A stretch of 64,000 bases of DNA from NCBI GenBank assembly GCA_010015805.1, contig ML978127.1, positions 806,001-870,000 of the forward strand. The letters run 5' to 3'. Below, piece after piece: positions 46,474 to 60,371 of the stretch. The number at the start of each line of letters is the position of its first letter. The stretch's first letter is position 1. The stretch is from Rhizodiscina lignyota. Taxonomy: Eukaryota. The translations under genes were made by a program, and so were the position numbers. Below the pieces are notes generated by a model that saw nothing but the letters and a program-made list of their open reading frames with translations, was not told the DNA's origin and did no database searches.

Positions 46474-49105
46474 TCATACAAGCTCCCATCTTGCCACTCT
46501 ACCGACGCCTTGTCCAGCTTCTCGGACAATGCACAGGCGTTGATGTGCTACCACTTCGGTCGATTTCACACTTTGAGCCATTTTGCTTAATCTTAAGGAT
46601 CCGATTCCAATTCCTTTACCTTCTCCTAGATTGAAGTTGCCTGTCGTAATGAACCCAATGAGATCTTCTTCGGCCGGAACGTCGGGATACGCTTTGCTTC
46701 CCGGGGTTGGAGGCATAGGATTCAACAATGACGTGGCGAGGTACCGATTCTGGACATGTGTGGGTGCTGGCAGACGTTGAGGACGAACTACTTGAGCAGC
46801 TATCGAATTCGGTCTTGGGAAAAGATCAAGCCATTTCCTTCGCAACTCTTCATCTTCCGTCGGAAGCCGGTATAGCCGAGCACATGTTTGCGGGACGCCT
46901 TTGGTAAGTAACGTTATTTTTACGACGACAAGGCCGTCTATTTCGTTGGTTTCTCGATTGGACGCATTTGTCGAGCGTATCATTTCACTGGCGACATCGC
47001 GAGGTATATGTTTTGGCGGATATTGCGGGTTGGTTATGTCGCGGAATAGGTATTCCCAGTCACAGGCCCATCCCATACCTACCTCTCCCTTTCTTCCTTT
47101 GCCAAGAGGAATAGTATCCCACGAAATCCGCTTTCCCTTTGGTCTCTTCTCCCAGTCTGCCTTCTTTTGGCTCCGCTGCTCTTCCTCCCACTGGATACCT
47201 GCTTTGGTACCTGGATAATCAGCAGGGAACCAGGGTAGACTAGCCTCAAAGGCAACCTGTCTCTGTTCACGGAGTCCTCCAAGTCGTACCTGGCCTCCGG
47301 TAGAAAGAGGATAGTACATTAAAGATCGCCATACAGATCCCAAACATTTCCATGGCATAAGTACGGTCCATTTTGCTTGTGAGCCACTGCCACCGCGGGA
47401 AGCAAAAAGAAGAATGGGAATATGAGGATCAGTAGGTAGAGGTGTTGGATAGGTTCCCGGAATAGCCATTCCTTTGCGACGATCGATACTTGTCTGACTT
47501 CGCATACTTCTCGCTGCTACCAGTCGAGTACCTGTGTCAAACAATCCTGTCGGATCTTGGCTCTCGTCTAGGGGCCACTGCGCGCAGTACTGGAGGAGAT
47601 TCTGGTGCGCCAGCGGATCCTGCAGATTCTGCAGAGCACGAGGAGGAAAGCGCAGGCGAGGATCAGACACATTGAATGCTAGGAGAGCATTTGCTGGGAG
47701 CGACGCCGCATTAGTGGCTGGTGCAAGACCGCGCCACACGGATGCAGTTTGGTTTTCATATTCGACTTCGGTGTCACCTTGCTGTGCTGCTCGTAACGTC
47801 GCGACTAATGCTTCTGTGGATTGCGGACCAATGACTTCAATGCTTCCAATCTCGAACCGTAAGTCTTCCACTGTCACTTTCGGCTTCTGGACCTTTGAGA
47901 GACGAAGCACTTCTTCCCACAATTGCAGAAATGCTGACGGATGTAGGCGTACGAAGAGTTTGCGCCTCGATTTTGTTAGTGGCGTTGAAGTCAATCCATC
48001 GGTATCAGTCAACCCTTGGGACTGAGCTGGCGGACACCATATGATGGTGACGGGTGCAATCGGATTTGTAAGAGCCTGATTTCGATCATACAGCCAGCCC
48101 TGCCACGTTCTTGTACCCCTCCTCCACTTTTGTCCTTGTCGTCCCCACGTGGATTCATAAGTACCCCCAGCACCCACACCAAGAGCCTTTAATAAGCCCT
48201 CGATACTTTTCTCCGGGCCTTCTAAGCTAATTGTCGATATGTAGCTCATATCCCATGCTACTGCGCCTTGCGCTGTGCTGGCTCTGTGCGTTGGCCTGTA
48301 CCCTTTCATGGTAGGTGTGAGAGGGATGGCGAATCGCCAAAGTGGGTTTTTGGGAGGTGTCATGTGCGCGCGCTTCGAGTGGTATATGTGTGTGGGGAGC
48401 CATGTCTTGTTGATTTGACGCTTTCTAAACTTTGCTGGCGGCTTGCCGGGGGTTCTTAGAGCGTTCTTCTTGACTCGTGGTAATCGAATTTTCACGCCTG
48501 TAAGCCCTTCGAGCTTGTGGGAAGATTTGCTCTCAACCGCTCTCTCTACCGTGACCTCCATAGCCGCTTCTGTTTTCCGCTTTTGTTTCCTCGCTTTTGC
48601 CTTCTCCCCGAGTAATTGGAGTCGCCTAGCAGTTTCGAGACGGAGGTGAAGGTGCGGCGTAGGTTCTCGTCTTCGTCGTGTCACGGTGGGCGTATTGTCT
48701 TCGATCATCTAAGCCCAGTTAACATCAATACTATGCTTAGGACACCATGATATGAATTACCTCTCTCGCAGCTCTCCGTCTAAGTCTCTTAGGCACCTTC
48801 TTCACATTGTGACTCGCAGTCCTCCGCCTCAATTCTCTGGGGACTTGCTGAAATGCGCGCTGATTACTCGATTTCCTGGATTTCTGCATGCTGTCCTCTA
48901 ATGCCCGTATTTCAAATTCTCGGGCCTGGACAAATTTTGCCACGTCCAGCTCTCCATCTTTGAATGCTTGGTCGGCTTTCTGGGCTTCGATGGTGCGTGC
49001 ATGTTGAAATACTTTGACACGCTTTTTCGGTCGTGACGGTTCAATGGGACCTTGTTTGCGTTTCTTTGATTGCTCCGCGCCTTTTGGAGGCATTTTCGGA
49101 GGCAT
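46474..49105 (-). CDS. POP1: RNase P/MRP protein subunit Pop1
   Basis: FVQAREFEIRAL, RAFQQVPRELRRRTASHNVKKVPKRLR, WLPTHIYHSKRAHM, WDMSY, EQRQVAFE, WFPADYP, WEKRPKGKR, LIGFITTGNFNL. One intron near 48759-48709. Confidence 0.95.
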
Positions 49106-50239
49106 CGATGGGTCGAGTTATATCTGCTGTGAGTAGCTTCATGCAAGACGTTCACCTCCGCAAAAAATAGTCGCGAATTCTTGGCGGCGGTCGCGTTGTC
49201 ACGCGACGTCCAAATTAGGCTTAGGATAGGGCAGAGGTAACCTCTTCACTTGCTCTGCATGATCAGAGGGCTCAAGCGAATGCCCCGAAGTCAATCATCT
49301 GTCCGATAGTAGGTGCGGTGTGAGGGCTATCAGTTATTAGTCCGGCCGTATGACACTGATGAGATTAGTTGAGGGAACGTGTCGGCTGAAGTGGTCTCCG
49401 TCATGTCCAGGAGTGTAGGTAGGGAGCAGTCTGGAGCTTTTCAAACTTAATGATAGCACGGTAAATTTCACGTACACCGTACTTAGCTTTCTAACTGCCG
49501 GAATGCGTGAAGAATGAACAGCGATGACGAACTTCTCGCGTTGTCAGGCGTCTGCTACCCAATTTTGACATGGGTTACAGAGACAACAAGCGGACAAGTC
49601 AATGGCAAGCACGTTTTATATCCGTTTTCTCTTTTTCTCTTTATATCAAAAATTCCATTTTGATGGTTCACCTCTCGAGCTGTTAACGTATCGTCACTCT
49701 TGATGACAAAATCCACGGCTCGATTCTGACCTTGCGAAGCCAATTTGGTGCTTGCAAGAGACGTGGCAGTGATGGCATAGTCAAGTGGCATACACTGACA
49801 CCTAGCGTAGAATGTTAGAGGAGTTCGGTCAAGTCGGGCCAACATTGAGGTGGCTCCTGCGCTAGCCGAACGCATCGCTCTGCATGAGTTCACCCAGTTC
49901 ACCACACCACTCAATGCAAACGCGATCGGCCCCATATCTAATCTAGAGTAAACATATACTGGTCATTTCAAGGCGGATAGCGTAATTGTAGTTGCTGGAT
50001 GAGCTGCGTGAGACCTACACGATGCAGCGCGAGGTGGTTACATCAATCTTTCAACAATCCGCTCGTTGCTATCCTATCTTCGACACTTGCGAACATTCGC
50101 CGAGCAGCAAAAACAACACTGCACGGACAGCTTCCCCGCCAAGGCTGCAGCAAATAACACTTGCTCAAACGCGCTATAAAGCTTCTCTCTCCTCACCCAG
50201 TATTTCCACTTCTGAACTCCACAAATCGCCCTTTCCGCG

Positions 50240-51723
50240 ATGGCAGATGAAAGACACCTGGATGTTCGTATCCTCTATCCTGCGCTTGGCCTGGTAGGTG
50301 ATTGTTGTCTGTTCCACGCATATGGGATCTCACTAACGGGGGCCAACGCAGTTTACAACGCACTTGACAATAGCAGGCCCAAAATATGCTCACGACGCTG
50401 CACTATGCTGGGATCAACATGCATGGTTGGCTCTCGTCTTCTCAACATACGGAGCATGCCTATCAGGAGTCCTACTCGTAGCTAGCGTCACTGCTGCGAC
50501 TCTGGTTTACGATGTGACATCTCTTGGACCAAATCACAAAAGCTGGCGGACAACGATAGTAGTTTTGGACTCTATACGGGTAGCTTCTTTTGTAAGTAAT
50601 AATGATCGACATGCCGCCTGATATATAAGACTGCTAATTCCTAAAGACCTTATGTTACCTGACTTTCGCCTGGGTCGTCCTCTCTATACTGTTACTATCG
50701 AAGTCGAATATGTTCATGTTTGTCATCTACATAAGCATCATGATCGTATTCGATAGACTGGAAACGACAATCATCTCGCTTGCGGAATCAGAGAGACAGG
50801 AAACTTTGGTAGCTCGGCTGGCTACTATGAGAAATTCGACGCCCGAAGCTACAGAGCAGTTGGACTCCGTGACCAAGTCAGTATTTGAAGAGATACTTGC
50901 AAAAAAGCTCTCAGTCGCTCTTTTCCTCGAGGCTCTCAAGCAATGGGTGAAGTATGAGGGCGGCTTGGCCAGGCTCGAAGCACAGGAGCATGCTGCATTG
51001 ATTTTTTTCACACACCACATAACCAACCAATACCGAGCCAGAGAGTGCGAAATTCGCATGTTGAAACGCCGAGAATCCAGCGGAAATCCGAGTCAGCTGT
51101 CTTACAAGCCGTCGACTCTCGACCTTCTCCTGCAAAACCAAGAGGAGCGCCTAAATATCAGTCGGGGTCTGATGATCGGCTTAGACCTGCGACAAGAGAT
51201 ACGGGGAAAATATTTGCATGAGAAGCAGCGTGCTGCCAAGAATCTCAAAGACCTCGCCCCAGCTGTGGAATCAAAGCTACAGCGGATGTGTGATTTAGCT
51301 CAAGCACTATCAAGTCTTCAAACGAGGCGCATGGACCTTGGGGAATCTTACGACAATGTCAATGGACGTTTCAAAACACTGCTCGAGGAGGTACTGCATG
51401 GTTCAATAGACCAAGCCAACTTGGAAAATATGGGCGATGAAGGAGCAGACATCAGAGCAGATACATCGGACCTCCATGAGGGGGTGACAGCTTGTAAATG
51501 GGACGTAGATCAACTGGAACAGCATCGACTGGATGAACGAATCGCAGAGCGAGAGGAGCGTAAAGGATTCAAGGAAGCGAAGGGCCTTTACGATGCAATG
51601 GAGAAGCGGTTCGACGAGGCGAACGATGAGTTTGAGAGCGCGAAGGAAACTGGCGTGGAGGCGATTTTGGCGCTTGAGAAGGCATTTGACGATCTTCTTG
51701 TTATCTTCGACGGTGAAGTTTGA
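50240..51723 (+). CDS. Hypothetical protein: N-terminal hydrophobic segments plus long coiled-coil C-terminus, two introns
   Basis: Exon 1 50240-50293, intron GTAGGT...CTAAC...CAG. The middle exon ends before a GTAAGT...CTAAT...AAG intron whose acceptor at 50646 joins the 50710 ORF in frame. Tail is E/K/R/L-rich with heptad-like spacing. Confidence 0.65.
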
Positions 51724-52364
51724 CTCAGCATCGAATCGTTCAATGTTGCGATTGAACAGAGAATGGCACCCTCTTCCATAGGACTCACTCGTGCATTTTC
51801 TGGTTGGGGTAGAACCATAGCAAATTGAACGCTTCCGGATTATACTTTCTTGTCAAGTGAAGTGCTTATTTACATCCATGCATAATCCCGGGCAGCTGCA
51901 AACGTGGCTTCACATCCGAGAGGGTCGAATAGTGAGGCGGTGACCGCTAATCTCTGACCGGTGCCTTGCTTGTGAATGCGTGCTCAGCGCGGTATAGCAT
52001 AACTAGATATATTCACTATTGCAACGCGCTTTGGTTTTCAAGTTGCAGGGCTGGGTCAGTAGTGTATGAAAATTGGTGGCACACGTGAAGCTGCGATCGA
52101 CGCGGGCGAAAGTGGTGTTGGAGTCGGCGCGCCACAACTGCACTAGCGGCTCTACCCCCGTGCCTCGATTTTCATCCTCAAATCGAGCGTAGCTGCCTTT
52201 TAACTTCACCTCGCACAACTCTTCTATACCCCAACACATCTCTCTCCACCAGCTGGATTTTCCTTTCAACCTCTACATCTGCCTTTCTTCAACCACTTTG
52301 ACCAGAAAGCGCGATACACCAGCCGGTCACGTCCACTCTCAAACACCCGCGACTGCGCTCTCTA

Positions 52365-54647
52365 ATGGCTTCCGTACGTTGTATATCAATTATCTCGTGA
52401 TCCCTGGGGCATACTATCTGACACGAACAGCAACCATACAACCAGCAGCGTCCCCACCCACAGACATACCTTCCTAATGGCGCTGTATCTTCTGGTCCTA
52501 CGCCTGGAGCAACACCTCTTCTTCCTAACCAGGGACGTGTGATTCAGCAAGGCAGCACGCGAGTGCTGTGCGTCGCAGATGTGCGAGGTACGTTGAGCGC
52601 GTGAAAGATAGAAATGATTGACGTGAATGGTGTGTGAGCTAACATAGAGTAGGAAACCTGCAGTCACTCAATCAACTTGCGGCAGACGCTCGCGCAAGTC
52701 ACATCATCCATACTGGCGATTTCGGCTTCTACGATGAGCGCTCCCTCGATCGGATCGCTGAGAAGTGAGTTCTGCCTTTGCGCGTCACAAATGTCTCCGT
52801 GGCGACCGTAGCTAATGATGTTGGAACCATGCAGGACCCTCAAACATGTCATCCAATACTCGCCTCTACTATCGGAACAGATGAAGCGCCAGATCGCTCA
52901 AGCTCCTCCCACCCCATCCATCAAGGAGAGATATTCTCGCGACCAGCTCCCGCTGTCTGAGCTACCACAATTCTTGACCGGCCAGTACAAGCTCAACGTA
53001 CCTGTCTACACTGTGTGGGGCGCGTGTGAGGACGTCCAGGTGCTGGAGAAGCTTCGTTCGGGAGAGTACAAGATCGACAACCTCCATATCATCGATGAGG
53101 CGCACTCGAGGTTGCTAGACGTAGGTGGCGTGAAGCTTCGCCTCTTAGGTCTTGGCGGTGCAGTGGTTATGCATAAGCTCTTCGATAATGGCGAAGGAAG
53201 GACTACGATTGCAGGCGGCCAAGGTACGATGTGGACAACACTTCTGCAGATGGGAGAGCTTGTGGACACAGCCAATCGCGTCTACGACCCTACGGAGACT
53301 CGCGTCTTTGTCACCCATGCGTCGCCGGCTCGTGAGGGCTTGCTCAACCAACTCACGGTAACACTGAAAGCGGACTTTTCGATATCTGCAGGTCTCCACT
53401 TCAGATACGGCAGCTCTTACAACGAGTTTAGCGTCAATCCTTCTCTTGACCACTATCGTGGCAAGCTTGCAGCGTCGAAGGCCTCGTTTAACGATGTCTG
53501 GGAGACCGTTAAGAGCGAGGTTGAGCCAGCAGTCGCAGAGAACGAGGCACAGCAACGTCTTCTCCAATACGCGATCGAAATTGTCAACAAGATGCCAACT
53601 GTGGCAAACGGTGGTAATCCCTTCGGTGGCCAGGCTGGCCCAGGAAGTGGTCAAGTTGACGAAAGCGCCTTCAAGAACATGTGGAACTTCAACCTGGCAG
53701 ATGCTGCTTATGGATGGTTGGTCCTTGACATCGACAACGGCAGGATAGGAACGGAGATGCGTGCGCAAGGTTTCAACTTCTCCCATCGCAGCGGCAAGGT
53801 GGCACCAAATCAGGCTCAGCAAGGTGCAGCATCGACTCCCACAACCGCTGCTGTAGCACCAATTCCCCCCATGCAGCAACAGGGACCACAGGTCCGTCCA
53901 ACTCCAGCTGGCCCGACACAGCCATTCTCTCCAGCTCAGCAGCGACCACCTCAGACGCAGCAGCAACCTCCTAACCGTGCACCAATGCCTCCGCAGCCCA
54001 ACCGTACTGGCCCGTCGCCTGCGCCCGCAACACCAAGGGACATTCCCAAGCCAGCAACTCCAGCATCAGCCGCGTCTGGCTCTACTCCAGCTCCTGAGAA
54101 GCCTGCTGAAGCAAAGGCAAACGGAACTGGCCCTTCCGACAAGCCTACCCCGATTCCTGCTGAACAGAGTGAGCTGCCATCGACCGCGCTTTTCATGCGC
54201 AACGTCAAGGACGAAGACGAGGCGCGTAGCGTAGTTGCCGAAGAGGATCGCTCCAAGATTACGCGTGTGGAGAGGCGCGGTGCCAACCATGTCGTCTTCT
54301 TCAACAACAACGAAGAGATGCTGGGAGCATTTAACAGGGTTAGCAGAGACCACAAGGGCAACCAGCCAGACAAGCCATCGGTGAGAGTCTACCAAGAGAG
54401 GAGCACCCGTGGTGGCTTTGTGCAGAGAGGCGCCACACATACCCAGGGTTACAGGAGCGGCGGTGCCAGCGATAGCGAAGGTGGACGTGGTGGTAGGGGC
54501 GGCTTCAGAGGAGCGCGCGGAGGTGACAGGGGTGGACGAGGTGGTCCTCGTGGCGGACCGCGAGGTAGAGGCAGCTACCAGAAGGGTGAGGGCAGTCCGG
54601 CAAGTCCGGCAACAGCTGCGCCAGCAGCGACTGGTGGAGAATCCTAA
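52365..54647 (+). CDS. Conserved fungal protein with calcineurin-like metallophosphoesterase-type fold (DUF2433-like) and C-terminal RGG region
   Basis: RVLCVADVRG, HIIHTGDFGFYD, VYTVWGACED, FVTHASP, FSISAGLHFRYGSSYNEF. These are followed by a P/Q-rich linker, a possible RRM-like segment (ALFMRNV...HVVFFNN) and RGG repeats. Three 5' introns. Confidence 0.8.
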
Positions 54648-55582
54648 ATGAGTACCCAGGGCGCTTCGGATGGACTCTTTTCTTCTCACATTCCATCTGT
54701 ACCAAAGCTTGACACTTTCTTTTTCTTTTTCTTTCTTGCTTGTCACACTTAGCGAAGTCACCACCGGCGAATGTGTCTGGGCTGCTCTGGAGCGTTCTCC
54801 GACGGGAAAAAGAGATCCATTTCGACTTTTGTTTTAATGTTCTCGGTAGCCGAGCTGCATTATCCTCGGTCTACTCTACTGGTACTGGCGGCTTGCTATA
54901 GATCATCGGCTCTTTTCTGCAGATTCTTTTCTCGTGTCGTTCGGGGATGGGGTTGCTTGCATGGAACGGGTGAGAACTCGTGGGCGAAGGAAGTGGATTC
55001 TCTGTATTCTAGTGCTAAAGAAGGTAAAGAAAGTCGAAAAGTACATGAAACCATCATAATTGCAATCAAGAGCTGCACGCGATGCGCGGTCATGAAGCCC
55101 ACGTGGTGCCTTACATGCGTGCCTGAAAATGGTGTACCCCAGACTCGCTAAGGCTGGGTGACGTCGATCATCCGCAATCCGAGTTGCAGCTGCAAGTTCC
55201 GTCCGATAAATACCTCACAGTCACCTGCCGCCCACAAACGACGACATCTACCTCTCTCTTCCAATTCCCTTCCCTCAACAACGCTCGAAGATCTCACGAC
55301 TGGCCTCTTAGAGCTTCCTCTTCAATACACGCCGCACCAGACTTCCACTCATCCGGAACGTGCTCTTCTTCCCCCGGAAGTTTCCTTGACGGTCGCCACG
55401 TCATTGACTTTGGGCAGGCGCAGGCCACAATCTCACAATTTGCGATCATCCACAAGATCCTTTCATCATTCTCTGAGGCATTGCGACTCTCTATCGTTGT
55501 TTTGCCAATCCTGCTCGTGGCTCTCCCTTGCAGAGGGCTCTGCGAACCCTTGGGGCTCTGGTGAGATTGAGCGTGAGGCGTC

Positions 55583-58500
55583 ATGCGGAGCAGCTGGCAA
55601 TTCCTGTTAGGCGCTTCTACGGTGCTATTGCCATTTGCCCATGCGGAGCCGAGCTTGACAGATAAGCATGAAGCTGGGAGATGTGCGATTCGAGGACATT
55701 GTGGGAAGCAAGGTTTCTTTGGCTCAGACCTGCCCTGCCCCGACAATGGTTTGGCTGAGGAGCCGACGGCAGACGTGAGAAAGAAGCTGGTAGATGTTTG
55801 TGGTGATAAATGGGATGATGGCAAGGTCTGCTGCAAGGAGGAACAGGTATGGAGAATCGGAGGGTCCACCTATTATACTTTGGCTGACATGATATAAAGC
55901 TCGATGCTCTCCAAACGAACCTCAAGCGCGCTGAGTCAATCATATCGAGCTGTCCAGCTTGCAAAGAAAATTTCTTCAACCTGTTTTGTACCTTCACCTG
56001 CTCGCCCGACCAATCGCTCTTCGTAAACGTCACGAATACAACCCCGAAAGGAGACAAATACCTTGTTACCGAGCTAGACCAGCTCATATCTGACGAATAT
56101 GGCGAAGGATTCTACAACAGCTGTAAAGATGTCAAATTTGGTGCAACAAACAGCAGGGCCATGGACTTCATTGGCGGCGGGGCGAAGAACTACACCCAGT
56201 TTCTCAAATTCCTTGGAGACAAGAAAGTCCTTGGCAGTCCATTCCAGATAAACTTTCCAAGGCCAGACTCAGCAGACTGGCCGGATATGGAGCCTATGGA
56301 CGACTCAGCAAAGGCTTGCAACAGTACCGACGAGAAATACAAATGTACTTGCGTAGACTGCTCGGCTGCTTGTCCTGCGCTTCCTGAGGTCTCGGGAACG
56401 AAGTACTGCCATGTCGGAGGGCTAGCGTGCCTCTCATTCGCAGTCATCATCGTTTATTCCGTCTTCATCCTGCTATTAATCGCTGCAGTCTCTGGCCACG
56501 TCGCGTACAGGCGGCATGCGCAGTCGAAGAATGAGCGCCTCAGACTTTTGCAGGATGCAGCTCCAAGCGATGATGAGGATGAGGGCGATGTGGTCCACAA
56601 TACCGGGCTGCTAGACAGGCCGCAGAAGCATTACGCTCTCAATACCGTATGTGATGCTGCTTTCGGCCGGCTGGGCTACATTTGCGCACGATTCCCTGCT
56701 ATCACCATTTTCGTCAGTATCCTAGTCGTAGGCTTGCTCAGCCTGGGATGGATACGCTTCGAGGTTGAGCGCGATCCAGTCCGATTATGGGTAGCGCCAG
56801 ATTCGGCTGCTGCGAAAGAAAAGGAATTTTTCGATGACAACTTTGGCCCGTTCTTCCGCGCGGAGCAAGCATTCCTTGTTAACGATACTTTGCCTTCTGG
56901 TCCAGGTCCAGTTCTCAGCTACGCTACGCTGAAATGGTGGTTTGGTGTAGAAAATCAGATCTCCAGGATGATGTCGCAACAAGGCAGCATTACATTCAGC
57001 GATGTGTGCTTCAAACCCACCGGAGATGCCTGCGTTGTACAATCCATAAGTGGCTATTTTGGCTCAACATCATCTCCACCAGACGAGGGAAGCTGGCAAG
57101 ATACCCTCGAAGACTGCGCGAACGAGCCTGTCAATTGCCTGCCAGACTTCCAGCAGCCGCTGCAACCCAACATGGTCCTCGGTGGATACAATGGAAGTGT
57201 TCTTGATGCACAAGCAATCATTGTCACCTGGGTTGTAAACAATCATGCTGAAGACACAGAAGAGATGCAGAATGCTATGGATTGGGAAAATAGCCTAAAG
57301 GAAATACTACTGGTCGTACAACAAGAAGCCCAAGATCGAGGATTGCGGCTCTCGTTTAATACCGAGATAAGCCTGGAGCAGGAGCTCAACAAATCTACAA
57401 ATACCGATGCGAAGATTGTAGTGATCAGCTACATAATCATGTTCATCTACGCATCACTGGCCCTTGGCTCTACTACTCTGACAACAAGGACTGTTCTCCA
57501 GAATCCTGCAAACGCGCTGGTCCAGTCAAAATTCATGCTTGGCGTCATTGGCATTGTCATAGTGCTGATGTCTGTCTCGGCCTCCGTTGGACTCTTCTCA
57601 GCTGCTGGCATCAAAGTTACGCTCATCATCGCTGAAGTCATCCCATTCTTGGTCCTTGCTGTTGGTGTCGACAACATTTTCCTCATCGTCCACGAATTCG
57701 AAAGGGTGAATATCAGCCATTCTGATGCGTCGGTGTCTGAACGCGTATCAAGAGCTCTAGGAAGAATGGGCCCTAGCATCTTACTCTCTGCTACAACTGA
57801 GACTGCCGCATTTGCACTTGGTGCTGCAGTTGGGATGCCAGCTGTTCGTAACTTTGCGGCATACGCAGCAGGTGCCGTCCTCATAAATGCGCTGTTGCAA
57901 GTCACAATGTTTGTGGCAGTGCTGGCGCTCAACCAGAGAAGAGTCGAAGCTGGCCGAGCAGACTGCGTACCTTGCATTCGTGTAAAACAAGCTGATTCGG
58001 TCTCTGTCAATGGTGCATACGCATTTGATATTCAAGATGAGGGCGCCTTCCAGCGCTTCATCCGCAAAGTATATGCTCCGGCGCTGCTGGGCAAAAAGAC
58101 GCGGGTTGTCATCATTGCAATTTTCCTTGGAGTCTTTACAGCTGGTCTTGCACTGATTCCAAGTGTCCAGCTTGGACTTGACCAGCGTATTGCCATTCCT
58201 CGCGACTCGTATATGATTAAATATTTCGATGATCTGTACGATTACTTCGATGCCGGACCACCTGTCTACTTCGTCTCCCGCGAGCTCAACGCCACTCAGC
58301 GACCTTATCAGAAGGAGTTGTGCGGACGCTTCTCCGATTGCATGCAATTTTCAGAATCCAACATTTTAGAGCAGGAAAGCAAGCGCCCAGAGGTCTCTTA
58401 TCTGGCGACTGGCTCCGCAAGCTGGATCGATGACTTCTTCCTCTGGACACTCAGCGACTGCTGCACATCCAACAATGATGGCAAATCGTGTCTTCCCGAA

Positions 58501-59506
58501 CGTGATCCAGACGCAAACATCGCGCTCCAAGGTCTTCCTGAAGGAGAGCGTTTTGTTGAACTTCTGGACATCTGGCTGCATACCCAAACATCAGAAGAGT
58601 GCCCACTGGGTGGTCAGGCATCATACGGCAATGCTATCGTCTTTGACAAGGAGCACGTAACCGTCAATGCATCCCACTTCCGCACTAGCCATACTCCACT
58701 TCACAGTCAAGCTGATTTCATCAACTCCTACGCCGCGGCCCGCCGCATTGCTTCAGACATCAGCGATCGCACTGAGACAGAAGTCTTTCCTTACTCCAAG
58801 CATTACATCTTCTTCGACCAATATGCATCTATTGTACGGCTATCTTGTGCGTTGCTGGGATCTGGTCTCGCCATTATCCTACTGGTCACCACCATCCTCT
58901 TAGGTTCGCTACAAACCGCCATCGTTGTCACTTTCACAGTGGCAATGATACTCATCGATATTGTCGGCACGATGGCAGTGGCTAATGTCTCACTGAATGC
59001 CGTCTCCCTCGTCAATCTCATCATCAGTCTTGGTATAGCGGTCGAATTCTGCGCACACATCTCGCGAGCCTTTGCGTTCCCTAGCGCTACAGTCATGGAG
59101 CGAGCCCCAAGGCACAAGTATCGCGGGAAGGATGCCAGGGCTTGGACAGCATTGGTTAATGTGGGTGGGAGCGTGTTCAGTGGGATCACCATCACGAAGT
59201 TGCTCGGTGTCTGTGTGTTGGCCTTTACCAGGAGCAAGATCTTTGAGATCTACTACTTTAGGGTATGGTTGGCGCTGGTGTTTTGGGCGGCCTTGCATGC
59301 CCTTGTGTTTTTGCCGGTCGCATTGAGCTTCCTTGGAGGGGAAGGTAAGATTAGCACTCTATCTCGAAGTCCTGGTACAAACTACTAACTCGCATCTTCT
59401 AGGCTATGTCGATCCCGAGTCGAGTGGAGGGTTGGAAGAAGATCTGAGGTCGAGGCGATACCCGGCGCTTCTGGCAGATGAGGATTATGATAGCGATGAT
59501 ATATAA
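55583..59506 (+). CDS. NCR1: Niemann-Pick C1-like sterol transporter
   Basis: Cys-rich NPC1 N-terminal domain (CPACKENFFNLFCTFTCSPDQS), DPVRLW, FGPFFRAEQ, sterol-sensing domain EVIPFLVLAVGVDNIF, GIAVEFCAHI, FEIYYFR. Last exon 59403-59506. Confidence 0.96.
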
Positions 59507-59789
59507 GTCGCCGGACCTTTATAGAGGGCATACATATTTAATATCAATGAAGATATATTTCAATCATCATGTTCATACTAGTCAGTGCAATGTATTGCCG
59601 GAATTGTGCTGTCCGTATACTGCCCAAATTTGGAACCGGGTGGCGAAAGGGTCTGAGGACATATCACCTGTCACAATTATCGTGAGCACAGCCAACTTTC
59701 GAAACTTCTGTTTCATTACATTCGAGCCTCAATCCCTTCCAATAACCAATTTATATAATTTGCGACCTTGCGAAAGACCGTTATTCAAA

Positions 59790-60371
59790 ATGACAACCGC
59801 ACTCATCATAGTTGACATGCAGCGTCTCTTTCTCGACATGACCGACACGGCACTTCCCAATATCCTTAAATTGGCTTCACACTTCAAGAGCCGAAACTTA
59901 CCGATCTTCTTAACACAGCATGGACATGCAAAGAGAGACCTCAAAGACCCAAACTATAAGAATCAGCTCGTCGAAAAAATGGGCCGAGATGAGTGCTTGG
60001 TCATGGGAACAAAAAACTGGGAGTTTCTGCCCGAGATCAAAGCCATTATCCCAGCAAAGCCAGAATCCGGAGATGGTGGAGATGTGAGAGTCATACCAAA
60101 GAATACGTACGACTCGTTCATCAACACTGGCCTTGAAGGGATTCTGCGAAGCAAAAGCGTGGAGAGGGTGGTCGTGTGTGGCGTGATGACGAACTTTTGC
60201 TGCGACACAACGGCGAGGAGTGCTTTCAACAGGGGCTTTCAGACGTGGATGGTTAAGGATGCTTGTGGGAGTGCAAGTAAAACGCAGCATGAGATAGGAT
60301 TGAAAGCGTTCGAACTCCTTTGTGGCGGATTGGTTACTACGGACGAGGTGTTGAACCGGTTGGGTGGCTAG
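59790..60371 (+). CDS. Isochorismatase-family cysteine hydrolase
   Basis: TALIIVDMQ (Asp), PKNTYDSF (Lys), VCGVMTNFCCDTTARSAF (Cys), KDACGS. Confidence 0.92.
   Translation: MTTALIIVDMQRLFLDMTDTALPNILKLASHFKSRNLPIFLTQHGHAKRDLKDPNYKNQLVEKMGRDECLVMGTKNWEFLPEIKAIIPAKPESGDGGDVRVIPKNTYDSFINTGLEGILRSKSVERVVVCGVMTNFCCDTTARSAFNRGFQTWMVKDACGSASKTQHEIGLKAFELLCGGLVTTDEVLNRLGG

Noticed and set aside
49190..49207. 7-bp inverted repeat GTCGCGT-N4-ACGCGAC upstream of POP1 (MCB-like)
   Set aside because: Too short to separate from chance without conservation data.
53145..54764. Long antisense ORFs (273 aa, 232 aa) and similar shadows elsewhere (30558-31250, 57447-58347, 59910-60566)
   Set aside because: They lie opposite well-supported genes and are explained by codon-bias shadows.
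59478..59789. N-terminal extension of the isochorismatase ORF
   Set aside because: It overlaps the NCR1 last exon and 3'UTR. The family motif starts at ATG 59790.
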